Below are positions 26,469-34,589 of a stretch of 36,454 nt of DNA, piece by piece. The first letter of the stretch is position 1, and each line of letters starts with the position of its first letter. This DNA is from an uncultured Bacilli bacterium. Lineage in GTDB: Bacteria > Bacillota_I > Bacilli_A > RF39 > UBA660. Location: positions 1 to 36,454 of the forward strand of contig CANQYN010000002.1 of NCBI GenBank assembly GCA_947628105.1. The letters run 5' to 3'. The position numbers were made by a program, and so were the translations under genes. The notes beneath the pieces were generated by a model. The model had not been told where the DNA came from, made no database searches, and saw only the letters and a list, made by a program, of their open reading frames with translations.

Positions 26469-28397
26469 TTACCTCTCCTCTACTTTATTATGATGCATAA
26501 ATAATCGACGTAATATAGAATATGGCACATTGAATTTAAATACCTGTTTTAAAAACATTGCTTTACAACTAGAATTACGAAAGTCAAGATAAAAATTTTT
26601 TAAATGAAACAAGTAATACATCAGTGAGTGAGCTGATACCAATTTAGTAGCATTGACATCTTCAAATTCAATATTTTTAAATAGCTTTATATTAGAAAAA
26701 GTGGGATGTAAAGAAAGATTTTTATAATTTTCAAAAAATGCTTCTTTTTTGATATTGCTAAATAAATCTTTTATATGACTTTGTTCGACATCTTGGACAA
26801 ATTGCTTTGCTTTATCTTGCATTTGTTTTACTATTTCTTTATTAGAAATAGACTGATTACCATAAATAGGTTCAATCACTTCTCCTTTTTCTTGATAACC
26901 TATGGTAGTTTTTTCAGTTGATAAAAACATGGTTTCAAACAATCCTAAACTTAATCGAATTATAATTTGAAAATCCAAATTGTTTTTGTCATCATATAAA
27001 AAACCAAACCGATTTAAAGATTGATATTCAGAATATTTTTTTTCTTGGTCTATTCCATAATAATACCCATATAAATTTACATCATTGCTAGTATATTTAT
27101 CTAAATAATACTGTATTGTTCCATTCCAACCAATATCGACAAGAGCAATATTTCCTGTAAAATTATTTTGACTTAAATATCGAGTAAAATATTCTTTTTG
27201 AATTTTACTTGATAATTCTGCCGGTCTACGTATTACTTTAAAAATTTCTTCCTTCTCTTGAATGGTTAACTCATTCAGTATTTTATTTTGATAAGGAACT
27301 TTCAAATTATCTAATTGCATAACATGTAAAACATCACTTACTTTAGAAAAATCCCGAATAATAGATTTTATCTTATAGATCATATCATCAAAATCTTTTA
27401 ATTTTTCTAAATTAGCTAAAACAACCGATTTGCGAGATATTTTTATATAATAAATAGGAAGTTTTTCATTAAACCTTTTTTCATATACCTCTTTTATAAT
27501 TTTCGCATCTCTTGCTAGAAAATAAATCTTGTCAATTTTATCCTCCTTTATTTTTTGATGGATCCATGTAGTAAAGCTATATAAAATAGGACCTAATACT
27601 TCATATCCAAAAGCTTCATAATCGGATAAATTACCAATCCGATTATTAATAAATGTCGATAAAATATTATAATCTAAAGAATTATTTTTGCTTTCAAAAG
27701 ATGAATATTTTCCATTTTGAGAAATTAAAATAGATTTTATTCCATATTTTTTAGTCCTTATAAAATCTGCTTTAGGATGATCACCAATATGTACTATTCT
27801 TTTTTTTGATATATGATTTTCTTCTAAAAAACATTTAAATAAATTCCCACTTGCTTTCGATAATTTTTTATCAGAAGATACATATAACTTTTCATATTCA
27901 GTATATCCATTACTTTCTAATATTTCCTTTATTAATTCTATTGGTAAATAGATATCAGAAATAAAAAAAATCATTTTCTTTTGTTCTACACATTTTTGAT
28001 AAATAGAATACATTGGTAAATTTTTAGTACAAATTTTCTTTTCTATTTCTAATTCTAATTTCAACAATTCTTTTTTTTCTTCTTTCGAATACTTTCCTAT
28101 ATAATCATAAATTTCTGATAATGTTACTTCTTCCTCTTTGGTATTTTCTCTTGCTTTTTTTTCAGCAATAATTCTCTCTTCTTGAAATCCTGCTATTTTA
28201 TCTTTTCTTATTTCATTAAATTTTTCCTCTACCAATAAAAATACATCTTTTGGTTTTTGTACATCTCTTTTTATTACCGTATCAAAAATATCGAAAGATA
28301 CGACATCAGCATCTTTTATTTTATTTTCTATTTGGTGATAATTGGTATCAAAAACAACATGAAAAAAATTTTTTAAAATTTTTTTTAATTGTTTCAT
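26469..28397 (-). CDS. HAD-superfamily hydrolase domain (N-terminal ~230 aa) fused to a ~400-aa uncharacterised domain
   Basis: HAD motif I is VVSFDIFDTVIKRD and the late motif is HIGDHPKADF. The C-terminal two-thirds has no motif I can name. Confidence 0.7.
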   Translation of the reverse strand: MKQLKKILKNFFHVVFDTNYHQIENKIKDADVVSFDIFDTVIKRDVQKPKDVFLLVEEKFNEIRKDKIAGFQEERIIAEKKARENTKEEEVTLSEIYDYIGKYSKEEKKELLKLELEIEKKICTKNLPMYSIYQKCVEQKKMIFFISDIYLPIELIKEILESNGYTEYEKLYVSSDKKLSKASGNLFKCFLEENHISKKRIVHIGDHPKADFIRTKKYGIKSILISQNGKYSSFESKNNSLDYNILSTFINNRIGNLSDYEAFGYEVLGPILYSFTTWIHQKIKEDKIDKIYFLARDAKIIKEVYEKRFNEKLPIYYIKISRKSVVLANLEKLKDFDDMIYKIKSIIRDFSKVSDVLHVMQLDNLKVPYQNKILNELTIQEKEEIFKVIRRPAELSSKIQKEYFTRYLSQNNFTGNIALVDIGWNGTIQYYLDKYTSNDVNLYGYYYGIDQEKKYSEYQSLNRFGFLYDDKNNLDFQIIIRLSLGLFETMFLSTEKTTIGYQEKGEVIEPIYGNQSISNKEIVKQMQDKAKQFVQDVEQSHIKDLFSNIKKEAFFENYKNLSLHPTFSNIKLFKNIEFEDVNATKLVSAHSLMYYLFHLKNFYLDFRNSSCKAMFLKQVFKFNVPYSILRRLFMHHNKVEER

Positions 28398-28413
28398 ATA
28401 ACATCACCACCTT

Positions 28414-29187
28414 TTAAAAACTTTTTTCATATTTTTTTCCTAAAAACTTTGCTTTTAAAAATCCGGTTCCCTTTTTAAACCAGTCAATTTTTTCCATATA
28501 CATAAATGGTACTTCTTTATAAGAATATCCTTTATAATCTAGCCAAATATCTAATAAGCGTTCACTTATTCTTCCATAAAATCTAGCATGAAAAGCATCA
28601 TATTTTTGATGTTTCATTTTCTTTTCTAGTTCAAATAAAATATCAAATAACCATGTACAATATTCATCTAAATATTCTTTTTTCATAATAAACATATTAA
28701 ATGCATGCATATGTGTTCTTTTCATCACTTTTTGCAAACTATCCATATATTCTGGATATTTTTTATTGATAATTTTAATTGTCTCATCTAAAGGTTCTTC
28801 ATGCATAGTGTGTCTATAATGATTTTCAATAGTTTCAATATAATATTTTCTTTTAGAAGGAACAATAATATTATATTGATCTAGATATTTTTCTAATTCA
28901 TCTCTTTTTAAAATGGAAGAAAATTTATCTTTGCCGTATTTCCCTTTAAAGTATCTTCTATAATGAACAAGTCCTACATAATCTGCCTCTAAATTTTTCC
29001 ACGCCCAATATAGTCCAGTTAATTCACAAAAATATGGATTTTTCTCTGATATATTTTTTCCATCATCATCTCTTTGATATCCCAAACTATCCTTATCCTT
29101 AGCTCCTACATGGAGAGGAAGATACATATTATCTTTAGGCATTTCATATTTTTTGTGAGTCGCAACAACGATTTTAATATCTTTCAA
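28414..29187 (-). CDS. DUF4422-family putative glycosyltransferase
   Basis: IKIVVATHKKYEMP..YLPLHVGA..DDDGKNISEKNPYFCELTGLYWAWKN matches the DUF4422 signature as I remember it. Confidence 0.7.
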   Translation of the reverse strand: MKDIKIVVATHKKYEMPKDNMYLPLHVGAKDKDSLGYQRDDDGKNISEKNPYFCELTGLYWAWKNLEADYVGLVHYRRYFKGKYGKDKFSSILKRDELEKYLDQYNIIVPSKRKYYIETIENHYRHTMHEEPLDETIKIINKKYPEYMDSLQKVMKRTHMHAFNMFIMKKEYLDEYCTWLFDILFELEKKMKHQKYDAFHARFYGRISERLLDIWLDYKGYSYKEVPFMYMEKIDWFKKGTGFLKAKFLGKKYEKSF

Positions 29188-29195
29188 TTTATCAC

Positions 29196-29873
29196 CTACT
29201 TTGCTCCATGACCTCTTAAAACTGCAATCACTGTTTTGAAAATAATTTTAATATCCAACCATATACTCATATGATCAACATAATATAATTCTAAAGCTAT
29301 TCTATCTTCATAGTTCCTACAGCTTCTTCCATTACAAGCCCACCATCCAGTTAAACCCGGTAATATACTTAATAATTTTTTCTGGTTTTTACCATATTTT
29401 TTTAATTCTTCTTTTACGATAGGTCTAGGTCCTACTAAAGACATATCTCCTTTTAAAACATTGATTAATTGTGGTAATTCATCCAAAGAACAAATTCGTA
29501 AAATTTTTCCAACTTTCGTAATTCTCGGATCATTATCTAATTTAAAATTAGCTTTCCACTCTTTTCTTCTTTTCGGATTTTTTAATAATTTTTTTAATTC
29601 TTTATCGGCACCATCATACATGCTTCTAAATTTATATAACCATATCGTTTTCCCATCTTTTCCAATACGCTTATGTTTATAAAATACTGGTCCTTTTGAA
29701 TTCAGTTTTATCATTAAAGCAATCAATAAAAAAATCGGTGACAAAATTATTAAAGCCGCTAACGAAAAAAATGCATCAAAAAAACGTTTAACGAATAAAT
29801 AATTTTTATTTGTTTCGCTAAAGTTTTGCTTTTTTAATACTTTATCCTTCAATGCTTTTCTTTGATTGCCCAC
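29196..29873 (-). CDS. Initiating undecaprenyl-phosphate sugar-phosphate transferase (small monotopic phosphoglycosyl transferase)
   Basis: KRFFD..SL..LIILSPIFLLIAL..GPVFYKHKRIG and DELPQLINVLKGDMSLVGPRP motifs. GTG start at 29873 preceded by GGAGGG with a 6-nt spacer. Confidence 0.9.
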   Translation of the reverse strand: MGNQRKALKDKVLKKQNFSETNKNYLFVKRFFDAFFSLAALIILSPIFLLIALMIKLNSKGPVFYKHKRIGKDGKTIWLYKFRSMYDGADKELKKLLKNPKRRKEWKANFKLDNDPRITKVGKILRICSLDELPQLINVLKGDMSLVGPRPIVKEELKKYGKNQKKLLSILPGLTGWWACNGRSCRNYEDRIALELYYVDHMSIWLDIKIIFKTVIAVLRGHGAK

Positions 29874-29917
29874 AACATACCCTCCATACTACTATATTAG
29901 TCTTTTAAAAATATCAT

Positions 29918-29932
29918 AGAACAACTAGTTCT
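29918..29932. repeat. Left recombination core site AGAAC-AACTA-GTTCT
   Basis: Perfect 5-bp inverted arms flank an asymmetric 5-nt spacer. It is the exact reverse complement of the site at 31130-31144. It lies 44 nt upstream of the operon's GTG start. Confidence 0.7.
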
Positions 29933-29954
29933 CGGATAGCTGTAATACATACAA

Positions 29955-29985
29955 ATTATATCATAAAATCATCTTTTTTTAACAA
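29955..29985 (-). promoter_or_regulatory. Outward-facing extended -10 promoter candidate reading into the polysaccharide operon
   Basis: The minus strand carries TGATATAAT (29963-29955). The best -35, TTGTTA (29985-29980), sits at a 19-nt spacing. The element lies inside the cassette and reads across the left core site. Confidence 0.45.
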
Positions 29986-30072
29986 TTATTACATAAAAAT
30001 AAGCTAATTTTTATTTTTTTATTTAATAAAAGTAAAGAAATAATTAAAATAACAGTTTGGAGGTGACAAAAA

Positions 30073-31008
30073 ATGTTAATATTTAAGAAAAAATATCTTT
30101 TTTTCGATTTGATTAATTTATGGCTAGATACGAAAAAAAACATTAAAATTCAATCGTATCAAAAGTATGAAAATTTAGCCAATTTATTTATTAAAAATAG
30201 TATAGGTAATATTGATATTAATTTACTAACAAAAGAAGATATCCTCTGTTTTTTTAAAAATCTACAAGATAAAAAAGTATCTATATCAACTCAGAAAATA
30301 TTACTTTATATTATAAAAGCTACTCTACAAATGGCATATCAAAAGAAAAAATGCAATTATATTGATCTAAGCGATATTAAAATTAAATCACCAGTCAGAA
30401 ATACATATATTTTATCAAAAGAAGACCAATTGAAGCTAGAACATGTTTTAAAAGAAGATATTAACATTCGAAAAACATGCTTGTTACTTTGTTTATATAC
30501 TGGTCTTCGTATTGGTGAAGTATGTGGTTTAAAATGGGAGGATATTAATTTCAATACAAAATCACTAGAAGTAAAAAGAACGATTGAGAGAATAAAAAAT
30601 AATGAAAAAAATTCTCATTTAAAAACTATTTTAATTGAAAGTACACCTAAAAGTGATACATCTAATCGTATTATTCCTATTCCTAATTTTTTAATTCAAA
30701 TGTTACAAAAATTAAAAACAGAGGATAAATATTTTTTATTATCCAATAAAGAAACATTATATGATCCAAGACTTTTTAATTATTTTTATAAAAATATTTT
30801 AAAAAAATCTAATATTACCTATACTAATTTTCATACTTTACGCCATACTTTTGCAACTCGTTCAATCGAATCAAAAATGGATATAAAAACGTTAAGTGAA
30901 ATTTTAGGACATTCTAATGTCGATATAACGTTGCGTTTATATGTACATCCTTCGTATGAATTAAAGAAAAAATCGATTGAAAATTTAGTAAACTTTATGA
31001 CTAATTAG
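30073..31008 (+). CDS. Tyrosine site-specific recombinase (phage-integrase / Xer-like family)
   Basis: The catalytic signature is present: TGLRIGEV (Arg I), HTLRHTFAT (His-x-x-Arg), LGHSNV and RLYVH (Tyr). SD is GGAGGTGA. Confidence 0.9.
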   Translation: MLIFKKKYLFFDLINLWLDTKKNIKIQSYQKYENLANLFIKNSIGNIDINLLTKEDILCFFKNLQDKKVSISTQKILLYIIKATLQMAYQKKKCNYIDLSDIKIKSPVRNTYILSKEDQLKLEHVLKEDINIRKTCLLLCLYTGLRIGEVCGLKWEDINFNTKSLEVKRTIERIKNNEKNSHLKTILIESTPKSDTSNRIIPIPNFLIQMLQKLKTEDKYFLLSNKETLYDPRLFNYFYKNILKKSNITYTNFHTLRHTFATRSIESKMDIKTLSEILGHSNVDITLRLYVHPSYELKKKSIENLVNFMTN

Positions 31009-31073
31009 CAAAAAAAGAAAAATTGTTATATATGTTTTACATAAATGATATAGCTTTTAACTAATAATATCAT

Positions 31074-31088
31074 AAAACTAGTTGTTCT
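31074..31088. repeat. Inner right core site AAAAC-TAGTT-GTTCT (one arm mismatch)
   Basis: A direct repeat of the outer right site, 56 nt upstream of it. It overlaps the -35 of the right-hand promoter and is preceded by ATATCATA, as the left site is. Confidence 0.55.
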
Positions 31089-31110
31089 AAGAATGTTTTC
31101 ATGATATAAT
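31082..31110 (+). promoter_or_regulatory. Outward-facing extended -10 promoter candidate at the right end of the cassette
   Basis: TTGTTC (31082-31087), a 17-nt spacer including TG, then TATAAT (31105-31110). In the present orientation it reads into the mraY terminator. Confidence 0.5.
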
Positions 31111-31129
31111 TTATATACAAAATTACTGA

Positions 31130-31144
31130 AGAACTAGTTGTTCT
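31130..31144. repeat. Outer right recombination core site AGAAC-TAGTT-GTTCT
   Basis: Exact inverted copy of 29918-29932. Confidence 0.7.
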
Positions 31145-31189
31145 AAGATAACATTCTTATTATGGAGTAAAACAATATTATTATTCCAC

Positions 31190-31226
31190 TAAAAAATCAC
31201 TAGATAAATGTCTAGTGATTTTTTTT
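31190..31226. terminator. Bidirectional rho-independent terminator downstream of mraY
   Basis: aaaaaATCACTAGA-taaatg-TCTAGTGATttttttt. The 9-bp stem has an A-run on one side and a T-run on the other. Confidence 0.8.
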
Positions 31227-32214
31227 AAATCCATACTGCAAATAAAACACCTGCCATAGAAAGAATTATTCCAACAACCCAAAACATTTTTACAATATCT
31301 CTTTCTTTCCATCCTAATTTTTCAAAATGATGATGGAGTGGTGCCATTAAAAATACTCTTCTTCCCGTTATCATTAAAGATAATCTTTGAATAATAACAG
31401 ATAATGTTTCAATAATAAATACTCCGGCAATAATAATAAAAGTAATTTCATGATTCGTAAGAATAGCAATCGTTGCCATGGTACCTCCTAAACATAAAGA
31501 GCCAGAATCTCCCATCATAATTTTAGCTGGATAGGTATTATAAAATAAATATCCTAATAAAGCACCCACTAAAATGAAGCAGAAAACAGCAATCTCAGTA
31601 TAACCTACTACCCAGGTAGAATTCCATGCAATTAATCCAAGGGCTAAAAAAGCGATAAGAGAAAGACCTCCTGCTAAACCATCTAATCCATCTGTTAGAT
31701 TTACAGCATTACTACTTGCCACTAAAATAAATAGTAAAAATACTCCATAGAACCAATACATTTCTAAACGAAAATTAAGTGTATGAATATAAAGCTCTGT
31801 TTGATGTCCACTTTTTAAAAAGATATAGAAAAATCCTAATGCAATTAATAACTGTCCAACTAGCTTTTTCATTTCACTTAACCCATTATTATTATGTCTT
31901 TTTATAATTAAAAAATCATCAATAAATCCTAATATAGCATATCCAATAAAGACAAATAAAATAGTAAGCAAGTTATTAGACCATTCTAATCGATTCATAA
32001 GAAGTAAGATTAAAATAGTCAGAACAGTAGGAATAATAAAGATAAAACTTCCCATCGTTGGTGTTCCTTCTTTTTTCTTATGTTGTAGTAAAGACCAACT
32101 TAACACTTGTTTTGCTCCTACTTTTTTCATCAAAGGAATAATTATTAAACCACATAAGATGGCGAGAATAAACCCGATCATCATGGCCAACATTGCTTTT
32201 GCTAGAACTAACAC
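31225..32214 (-). CDS. mraY: Phospho-N-acetylmuramoyl-pentapeptide transferase
   Basis: Ten-TM profile with GFIDDFLIIK, NAVNLTDGLDGLA, MGDSGSL and APLHHHFE motifs. GTG start with an AGGAG SD. Confidence 0.92.
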   Translation of the reverse strand: MLVLAKAMLAMMIGFILAILCGLIIIPLMKKVGAKQVLSWSLLQHKKKEGTPTMGSFIFIIPTVLTILILLLMNRLEWSNNLLTILFVFIGYAILGFIDDFLIIKRHNNNGLSEMKKLVGQLLIALGFFYIFLKSGHQTELYIHTLNFRLEMYWFYGVFLLFILVASSNAVNLTDGLDGLAGGLSLIAFLALGLIAWNSTWVVGYTEIAVFCFILVGALLGYLFYNTYPAKIMMGDSGSLCLGGTMATIAILTNHEITFIIIAGVFIIETLSVIIQRLSLMITGRRVFLMAPLHHHFEKLGWKERDIVKMFWVVGIILSMAGVLFAVWI

Positions 32215-32228
32215 AAAATCATCTCCTA

Positions 32229-33605
32229 CTATCTTCTTCTGCGTACTTTTTCTAAATATTCTAATACGGCATTTTTATCATTAAATGGAATTTCTTGTTC
32301 TCTTATTTTCATATATTGTTCATACCCTTTTCCTAAAATAACTAGAGCATCATTTCCTCTTAAATAAGAAATTCCTTTATTAATTGCTTCTTTTCGATCT
32401 AAAATCACTTCATAATTAGTAAAATCTTTTTTTGATAAAATATCGTTTACAATTTGATTTTCATCCTCATATCCAGGATCATCATTCGTAATAATAAATT
32501 GTTTAGATAGTTTACTTGCTACATAAGCCATCATTGGTCTTTTATTACGATCTTTTCCTCCTGCACAACCAAATATAACATAAATATCGCCTGTTGTAAA
32601 TTCTTTTATAGACATTAATACTTTCTCCATTGCATCTGGAGTATGAGCATAATCGATAATAATTAGACTACTATTATATTTTATCATATCCATGTATCCA
32701 CTAGGTGCTTTTAACGCATAAATCGTTTTTAATAGTGGAACTGGTTTTACTCCAAGAGCTAATAAATAAACAATGACAGCCATCAAATTATAAATATTAT
32801 ATTTCCCAATCAACGAAGTATTTACTTGATAAGTATCTCCTTTATAAGAAAACTTAAATATCATTCCATTAGGATTTAATTCATATTCTCCTATTTTAAA
32901 ATGAACTCCTTCTTTCGTACCATAAACTAAATTATAATTATTAGCTAATATAAAATTAGAAGCATAATTATCATCACCATTAATGATGGCAATTCCTCCA
33001 CTTTTTAAATGGCGAAACAATTGTTGCTTTACTTCAGCATATTTTTCCATCGTTACAAAAGCATCTAAATGCGATTCTGATAAATTTGTAAAAATAGCAT
33101 CATCAAAAGGAATCGTTTTTACTTTTTCTTGTTCTAAATCATGACAGCTTACTTCTAATATAAAGTACTTAAAACCCTTATCATATGCTTGAATCATATA
33201 ATCATAAATATCACAAATATTAAGTTCTTTCATTCCATCTTCTTTTTGATTTTCTAAAAAATATCCCATAGTTCCTAGAAAAGCTACTTTATATCCTAAA
33301 CGTGTCATAGCATCATAAAGCAAATAAGAAACGCTACTTTTCCCATTTGTTCCAGTAACTCCAATAATATTCATTTCATGTAAAAATTCATTGTAATTTT
33401 TTCTTAAATATTTTGCTAAATAATCATATGTATTATCTACTAATTCTGTTGTAATACTATAATTTCCCGTTTCGGCAATAATTTTTCTTGCCCCTTTTTG
33501 AATTGCTTGATTAATATAATCATGGCCATCCGTATTTACTCCACGTAAAGCAACATAAATATCTCCTGGTTTTATTTTTTGGTAGTCTGTTTTTATATTT
33601 ATCAT
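32229..33605 (-). CDS. murE: MurE paralog 2, a UDP-MurNAc-L-Ala-D-Glu:amino-acid ligase with a non-DNPR motif (DDPG)
   Basis: GVTGTNGKSS P-loop, DYAHTPDA and GGKDRNKRP motifs. It has TNDDPGYEDE in place of DNPR and GKGYEQY in place of GKGHE.Y. SD is AAGGTGA. Confidence 0.85.
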   Translation of the reverse strand: MINIKTDYQKIKPGDIYVALRGVNTDGHDYINQAIQKGARKIIAETGNYSITTELVDNTYDYLAKYLRKNYNEFLHEMNIIGVTGTNGKSSVSYLLYDAMTRLGYKVAFLGTMGYFLENQKEDGMKELNICDIYDYMIQAYDKGFKYFILEVSCHDLEQEKVKTIPFDDAIFTNLSESHLDAFVTMEKYAEVKQQLFRHLKSGGIAIINGDDNYASNFILANNYNLVYGTKEGVHFKIGEYELNPNGMIFKFSYKGDTYQVNTSLIGKYNIYNLMAVIVYLLALGVKPVPLLKTIYALKAPSGYMDMIKYNSSLIIIDYAHTPDAMEKVLMSIKEFTTGDIYVIFGCAGGKDRNKRPMMAYVASKLSKQFIITNDDPGYEDENQIVNDILSKKDFTNYEVILDRKEAINKGISYLRGNDALVILGKGYEQYMKIREQEIPFNDKNAVLEYLEKVRRRR

Positions 33606-33624
33606 ACGATTTCACCTTATCCTA

Positions 33625-33653
33625 ATTTTACTATAATTCATATATTTTATCAA
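33625..33653 (-). promoter_or_regulatory. Candidate sigma-A promoter for murE2-mraY
   Basis: The minus strand reads TTGATA (33653-33648), a 17-nt spacer, then TAAAAT (33630-33625), about 20 nt upstream of the ATG. Confidence 0.4.
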
Positions 33654-33723
33654 TCAAAACTATCTTTACAATATAAAGCATTTGTAAAGTATATTTTTTA
33701 TACTACCCTATTTTTTCCATTTT

Positions 33724-33748
33724 ATAAAAAAACTGCCTTATGGCAGTT
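33724..33748 (-). terminator. Rho-independent terminator after the 93-aa gene
   Basis: The minus strand reads AACTGCC-ataa-GGCAGTT followed by TTTTTTT. It overlaps the stop codon. Confidence 0.75.
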
Positions 33749-34028
33749 ATTTTATATGTTCCTCTATTTTTGTAGTTAATAAATCTTTTTGATTTTGAAA
33801 GAAATTATTTAATAAATCTTTATTACAACCCCGTTCAGAAATCATGTGAGAATTAATAAAGTCACTTGCGATAGCGACTTGCTCTTTTATTGCTTCTCCC
33901 TTTTCTTGAGCAAGTTTCATCGTAGCTGTTGCAAATTGAACAAGTGCATCTAATGAGACATTATTTCCTTCTTGTAAGGCTAACTCACACGATTGATTGA
34001 CTCTTTGCAATCCAACTAATAAATTCAT
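33747..34028 (-). CDS. Hypothetical small helical protein (93 aa)
   Basis: ATGA overlap with the upstream 188-aa gene and a terminator directly after it. No recognisable motif. Confidence 0.6.
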   Translation of the reverse strand: MNLLVGLQRVNQSCELALQEGNNVSLDALVQFATATMKLAQEKGEAIKEQVAIASDFINSHMISERGCNKDLLNNFFQNQKDLLTTKIEEHIK

Positions 34029-34573
34029 AGTTCAATCTCTCCTTCATTTACTAAAGCATCTACTACCTTGGCAGAATTATTGGTAAAATAAGATTCAAAT
34101 AAAACATCATTCCCAATTAAAGCTGCTACCATGTTGGTGGCGATTACTTCATCATCAAATAAAGTTAATTCTTGGTTGTTTCCTACAATAAAATTCGTTA
34201 GTATCTCTGTATATCCAACATTTAAAGCTAGAAGTTTATTATTTTGATCAAAGCCATAAGTATCATCATGAGCAGTAATAATGCATAAAAGTCCGTGCAT
34301 CAATACGTGTCTCATATCATATCCTTTTTTTATTTCATTAACATTAAAAGATAATGTATTTGTCAAAGGATAATAGTTAACAATTTTTTTGCTTACAAAT
34401 TTATTCGTTCGATCAATTTTTAAATCTTTTAAACGTTCATTTAAATTATTTAGATTGACGGTAGGAAAAAATTTGTTAAAAATAATAATTAACTCTGCCA
34501 TATCTCCTTTTACAGCTTTATCGATATTCTTATTTTGCTCTAATGTTTTAAATATCTCATCTAGCCCCACCAT
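34025..34573 (-). CDS. Hypothetical protein (about 182-188 aa)
   Basis: Open frame with non-shadow composition, translationally coupled to the 93-aa gene. The start is probably ATG 34573 (GGTGA SD), because a TGGTAAAAT extended -10 candidate overlaps the first ATG at 34591. Confidence 0.6.
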   Translation of the reverse strand: MVGLDEIFKTLEQNKNIDKAVKGDMAELIIIFNKFFPTVNLNNLNERLKDLKIDRTNKFVSKKIVNYYPLTNTLSFNVNEIKKGYDMRHVLMHGLLCIITAHDDTYGFDQNNKLLALNVGYTEILTNFIVGNNQELTLFDDEVIATNMVAALIGNDVLFESYFTNNSAKVVDALVNEGEIEL

Positions 34574-34589
34574 TTTTATCACCAATTTC

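Larger units (their letters stand above)
29918..31144. other. Candidate invertible DNA segment carrying its own tyrosine recombinase
   Basis: It is bounded by inverted 15-bp core sites within ~85-bp imperfect inverted arms (shared AAATTATATCAT, GTAAT and TAGAACAACTAGTTCT blocks). It contains the only plus-strand gene in the window. Confidence 0.55.

Noticed and set aside
29874-31224. Integrase as the edge of a prophage, ICE or genomic island
   Set aside because: There are no phage or conjugation genes, no tRNA and no flanking direct repeats. The repeats flanking the gene are inverted, and the neighbours on both sides are cell-envelope genes on the same strand. An IS-like mobile cassette remains a formal alternative and is named as a refutation test.
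31225-33605. murE2-mraY as part of a canonical dcw (division and cell wall) cluster
   Set aside because: The flanks hold orphan genes and a recombinase cassette instead of mraZ/rsmH/ftsL/pbp upstream and murD/ftsW/murG downstream. It is treated as a detached two-gene unit.
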